DNA of 64,000 bases from contig JABCSY010000009.1 of assembly GCA_018238625.1 (NCBI GenBank), positions 1 through 64,000 on the forward strand. The letters are read 5' to 3'. Positions 60,993 to 64,000 of the stretch are shown piece after piece. The notes under the pieces were generated by a model. That model was given only the letters and a program-made list of their open reading frames with translations. It had not been told where the DNA came from and ran no database searches. Numbering within the stretch: position 1 is the first letter of the stretch; every line of letters begins with the position of its first letter. This stretch comes from Promethearchaeota archaeon (GTDB lineage Archaea > Asgardarchaeota > Lokiarchaeia > Sigyniarchaeales > SOKP01). Position numbers and translations under genes: made by a program.

Positions 60993-61230
60993 AGTATTTT
61001 CATCACGAATAAACTTTTAAAATGTTCTTATTATAAAATAGAAATCAGATAAGCCTTATTTAAACAAAAGAAAAGACTAATTTGTTTTATTTTAATATTT
61101 TAAAAAAAGATGAAGTATTATCATATTATCACTCAAATTTAATATCCCAATAAAAGAATTTATTATATGAAAGAGAAATACTTTTAGGAGATTTTAAAAG
61201 AATTATTATTTAAACTTAGTTGATGAACCT

Positions 61231-62202
61231 ATGCTTTATTTTTTATTTCTTTATCAAATAGAATCAGGAGAATTACTTTATGAGAAAGAGTTTCAAACAG
61301 ATATTGATTCTCATATGGACCTATTTGGCTCTTTTTTTTCTGCATTAAAATTATTTGTTTCTAAAATGGTAAATGATGGTGTAAAGGATTTACAAACAAT
61401 TGGATTAGGAAAATTAATGGCTTCTGTAATTAGGATACTAGAAGCCAACATTGACTTGGTGATAATCGCAGAAAAAGATGATAAAAAAGAAATTCAAAAG
61501 TTAAGTTCAAAACTTAAAAGTATCGTTTTAAATTATAAAGAGATATTCTTAGCGAGCGCCGTTAAAGCGGAAGATTTCGAAAAATTTGATAAGGAAATTA
61601 ATAATATCATACTTTCTCATCGAAAAATATTAGATCCTAATGTATTAATTGAAAAACAGAAAGATTTTTTAAAATCAATATGGGATCAGAGAGGAAAGAT
61701 ATCGGATCAACTAAGAGAAGAACGAAAAGACTTAGAAAACGAGAGAACAATTATCATTAATAAACTTCTAACAGAAAACAATGTTTTAGAAAAACTTACT
61801 TTATGCAAACTAATACTAGAGATCTCAGATAAGCTTGAGGACGAACAATTCTTTTTAGAGTACCAAAAAAAGGCTAAAATTATAGCTAAAGAAATTAATG
61901 ACCAGAAAATACGATTAAAATATTATCTAACCCGAGCCAAGGAATCGTTAAAAGTAGCCTTAGAAACATTCGGAGAAATGACGCTAAGAGAGGGTGATTT
62001 TAAAGAAGTTTACTCGAATCTGTACTCTTTTAGTTCAAAATTAAAGAATTTTGCTTCCGTAGAAGTCTACGAGAAATACTACCATTTAGCGAGCAAATTA
62101 ATTAACAGAAAAGAGATCTCTTCTGAAGAGTTTTCATTGGTAGTTTATGAGATAAACTATATGGACGAAAATATTGAATCTTATTTTGAACCGTTACCCT
62201 AA
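61231..62202 (+). CDS. Longin/roadblock-like N-terminal domain with helical/coiled-coil C-terminus
   Basis: F.F....SGELLYEKEF...LFGSFFSAL..F...M....LQ.I pattern typical of Asgard longin-like domains. Confidence 0.65.
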   Translation: MLYFLFLYQIESGELLYEKEFQTDIDSHMDLFGSFFSALKLFVSKMVNDGVKDLQTIGLGKLMASVIRILEANIDLVIIAEKDDKKEIQKLSSKLKSIVLNYKEIFLASAVKAEDFEKFDKEINNIILSHRKILDPNVLIEKQKDFLKSIWDQRGKISDQLREERKDLENERTIIINKLLTENNVLEKLTLCKLILEISDKLEDEQFFLEYQKKAKIIAKEINDQKIRLKYYLTRAKESLKVALETFGEMTLREGDFKEVYSNLYSFSSKLKNFASVEVYEKYYHLASKLINRKEISSEEFSLVVYEINYMDENIESYFEPLP

Positions 62203-62298
62203 GACCCTAGCGAGGGTTGGTCAACACACATCTAATATTTTTATGTATGTCTCATTCCTAAAAGGGTATATTATATACTTTTAAACGAAATCTATTTA

Positions 62299-62409
62299 TC
62301 ACTTAAATCTCAACGTAAAAAAGCGAGTAAACTTTTTGCATGCTTTACAATAGTAGTAGCCTTCTTCTGTACCATTTGTTGTAGTTTTACATTTCAGACA
62401 AAATATCAT
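62299..62409 (-). CDS. Small zinc-finger microprotein (36 aa)
   Basis: Manual translation MIFCLKCKTTTNGTEEGYYYCKACKKFTRFFTLRFK*. Confidence 0.55.
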   Translation of the reverse strand: MIFCLKCKTTTNGTEEGYYYCKACKKFTRFFTLRFK

Positions 62410-62591
62410 TCTAAATCAAGTGTTAAAGGTTAGGATTTATTTTAAAGTTTGAAATTATAAGAAAAAAGTACGTTTAAATTTTAATTGATATTCTGAAAAA
62501 GTAAGTGTTTAAAGATAAACTATAAATTTTAAATAATTTAATATAAATCTCAGAGATATCAATTTGAAAAATAACCTAATTTTTTATTCAA

Positions 62592-63632
62592 GTGAAGCGC
62601 ATGAAATTTGTTGAATATAAGAACGAAAAGTTTGAAATTAAGGATGGTTTTCTAGATCTTGGTTTATTAGAAATTAAAGATATCTCTGAAATTGAAGGTT
62701 TAGACAAAGTTGATATAACTCATCTAGAACTTAGTTCAAATGAGATTACTGAAATAAAAGGATTGGAAACGCTTCAGAACCTTGAAATCTTAAATTTCGG
62801 AAGCAATAATCTTACCGAAATTTCGGGATTAGACGAATTAGCAAACCTAAAAATCTTGCATTTAGCATCAAATCAGATTACAGATATAAATGGGTTAGAT
62901 AGCCTTACTGAATTAAAGGAATTATATTTAAGAGGGAATCAAATTAAAAAGTTGAGCGGGTTTAACTCTTTAACTTCGCTTCAAAAATTAGATTTGTCTT
63001 GGAACGTAATTAGTAAAGTAGAAGGGCTTGAATTAGAAAATTTAGAAGTGATGTGGCTTGCTGGAAATCAGCTAACAAAAATCGAGGGACTTGAAGGTTT
63101 AAAAAATCTGAAAGTTTTGAATGCGGCAGGTAATCAAATAACTGACATTAAGGGGCTTAAAAACCTGAATAATTTAAAGGAATTATATCTTAATGATAAC
63201 CAGATACAAGAATTAAACGGTTTAGATTCTCTTACTCAGTTAGAAACGTTGTGGATTACGGCAAATCAAATTGAACTGATTAAAGGGTTAGATAATTGTA
63301 AAAATTTACAAGTTTTAAATTTAAAAGATAATCAAATTCGCGAGATTAACGGATTGTATTCGCTAACGAAACTAAATAAGTTATTTCTTTCGGGGAACGA
63401 GATTACTTTGATAAAAGGACTTGAGACTCTTCAAAATTTAGAAACTTTAGATTTAGGAAATAATCAAATTGATCATATAAAAGGGCTAGAATCTTTAATG
63501 AATTTAAAGGATTTATGGCTTAACGGGAATGAAATTCTCCAAGATTTGCTTGACCAACTCGGGGGGCTTGATTCAAGCGGATGTGCCCTAGATGCAATAA
63601 AGTTTGTGGAATATTGTCTAATTAATTTATAA
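62592..63632 (+). CDS. Leucine-rich repeat protein (SDS22-like 22-aa repeats)
   Basis: About 12 repeats of L..L.L..NQI..I.GL..L. Confidence 0.93.
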   Translation: MKRMKFVEYKNEKFEIKDGFLDLGLLEIKDISEIEGLDKVDITHLELSSNEITEIKGLETLQNLEILNFGSNNLTEISGLDELANLKILHLASNQITDINGLDSLTELKELYLRGNQIKKLSGFNSLTSLQKLDLSWNVISKVEGLELENLEVMWLAGNQLTKIEGLEGLKNLKVLNAAGNQITDIKGLKNLNNLKELYLNDNQIQELNGLDSLTQLETLWITANQIELIKGLDNCKNLQVLNLKDNQIREINGLYSLTKLNKLFLSGNEITLIKGLETLQNLETLDLGNNQIDHIKGLESLMNLKDLWLNGNEILQDLLDQLGGLDSSGCALDAIKFVEYCLINL

Positions 63633-63844
63633 TTTCCTACTTTAACAATGAAATATTATTCGTATCGTTTGTTATTGTATTAAAAGTTAAACTGAATTTT
63701 TTTCTTTTATTTTGAAATATCTTAAAATTGAAGGATTTAAACCACAGAAATCTTAAATAATTCCTTTTAAAACTTCTGACATGTTTGCATTTAAATATTT
63801 CTTTCTAGATTATATACCTAATAATTATAAATTTAAAAAAAAAG

Positions 63845-64000
63845 TTGATAGAATTGATAAACACAAAAAACTATAAACAATTACTTATACTTTCGATTTT
63901 CGTAATATCTAGCGTCTATATAAATCCAGCATTGTTCTCATCGAATCAATCCCAAGATCCTTCGCTCCCTAACTATTTTAACGACACTGAAATTGGTTAC
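63845..64000 (+). CDS. 5' part of a probable secreted or membrane-anchored protein, truncated by the window end
   Basis: Open frame from TTG: LIELINTKNYKQLLILSIFVISSVYINPALFSSNQSQDPSLPNYFNDTEIGY, signal-peptide-like. Confidence 0.5.
   Translation, partial: MIELINTKNYKQLLILSIFVISSVYINPALFSSNQSQDPSLPNYFNDTEIGY

Noticed and set aside
62592-63632. 66-bp periodicity resembling a repeat array or CRISPR
   Set aside because: Explained by protein-level LRR repeats; there are no identical DNA repeats with unique spacers and no cas genes in the window.
63881-64000. Minus-strand frame with an in-frame TGA giving an apparent UxxC (R-U-E-Q-C) selenoprotein motif
   Set aside because: The plus strand has a cleaner open frame with a signal-peptide-like N-terminus, no SECIS is visible, and the context is not thioredoxin-like. 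Probably chance.

Overview
This is an AT-rich archaeal chromosomal segment, most likely from an Asgard archaeon (Lokiarchaeia-like). That assignment is inferred from Fwd/Mvh/Hdr genes without Mcr, expanded family-5 solute-binding proteins, LITAF-like, longin-like and LRR proteins, and a C-terminal sorting-type tail. Metabolic content includes an mvhD-ferredoxin-fwdFDBC-fdhD cluster lacking fwdA, an enlarged mvhG-hdrCB operon, a 2-oxoacid:ferredoxin oxidoreductase, a 2-hydroxyacyl-CoA dehydratase plus activase next to a GlcD/GlcF-like pair and a stand-alone CdhC-like protein, and a DapA-Fae fusion. There is also a class II ribonucleotide reductase with a 498-aa HNH-type intein at the catalytic Cys, and a PIN/UPF0175 toxin-antitoxin pair. 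The best candidate for an undescribed system is two paralogous operons (39153-41966 and 44341-47078), each encoding three [2 TM helices + left-handed beta-helix] modules: three genes in one copy, an A-B fusion plus C in the other. This matches the layout of the C-terminal 6-TM/C1-C2-C3 part of epsilon-poly-L-lysine synthetase (Pls/PosA), but split and with no adenylation or carrier domain in the window. Also seen are a 241-bp direct duplication ending at a MITE-like inverted repeat, a pseudogene remnant, a duplicated promoter and two small zinc-finger ORFs missing from the ORF track. All calls come from reading motifs by eye; no searches were run.
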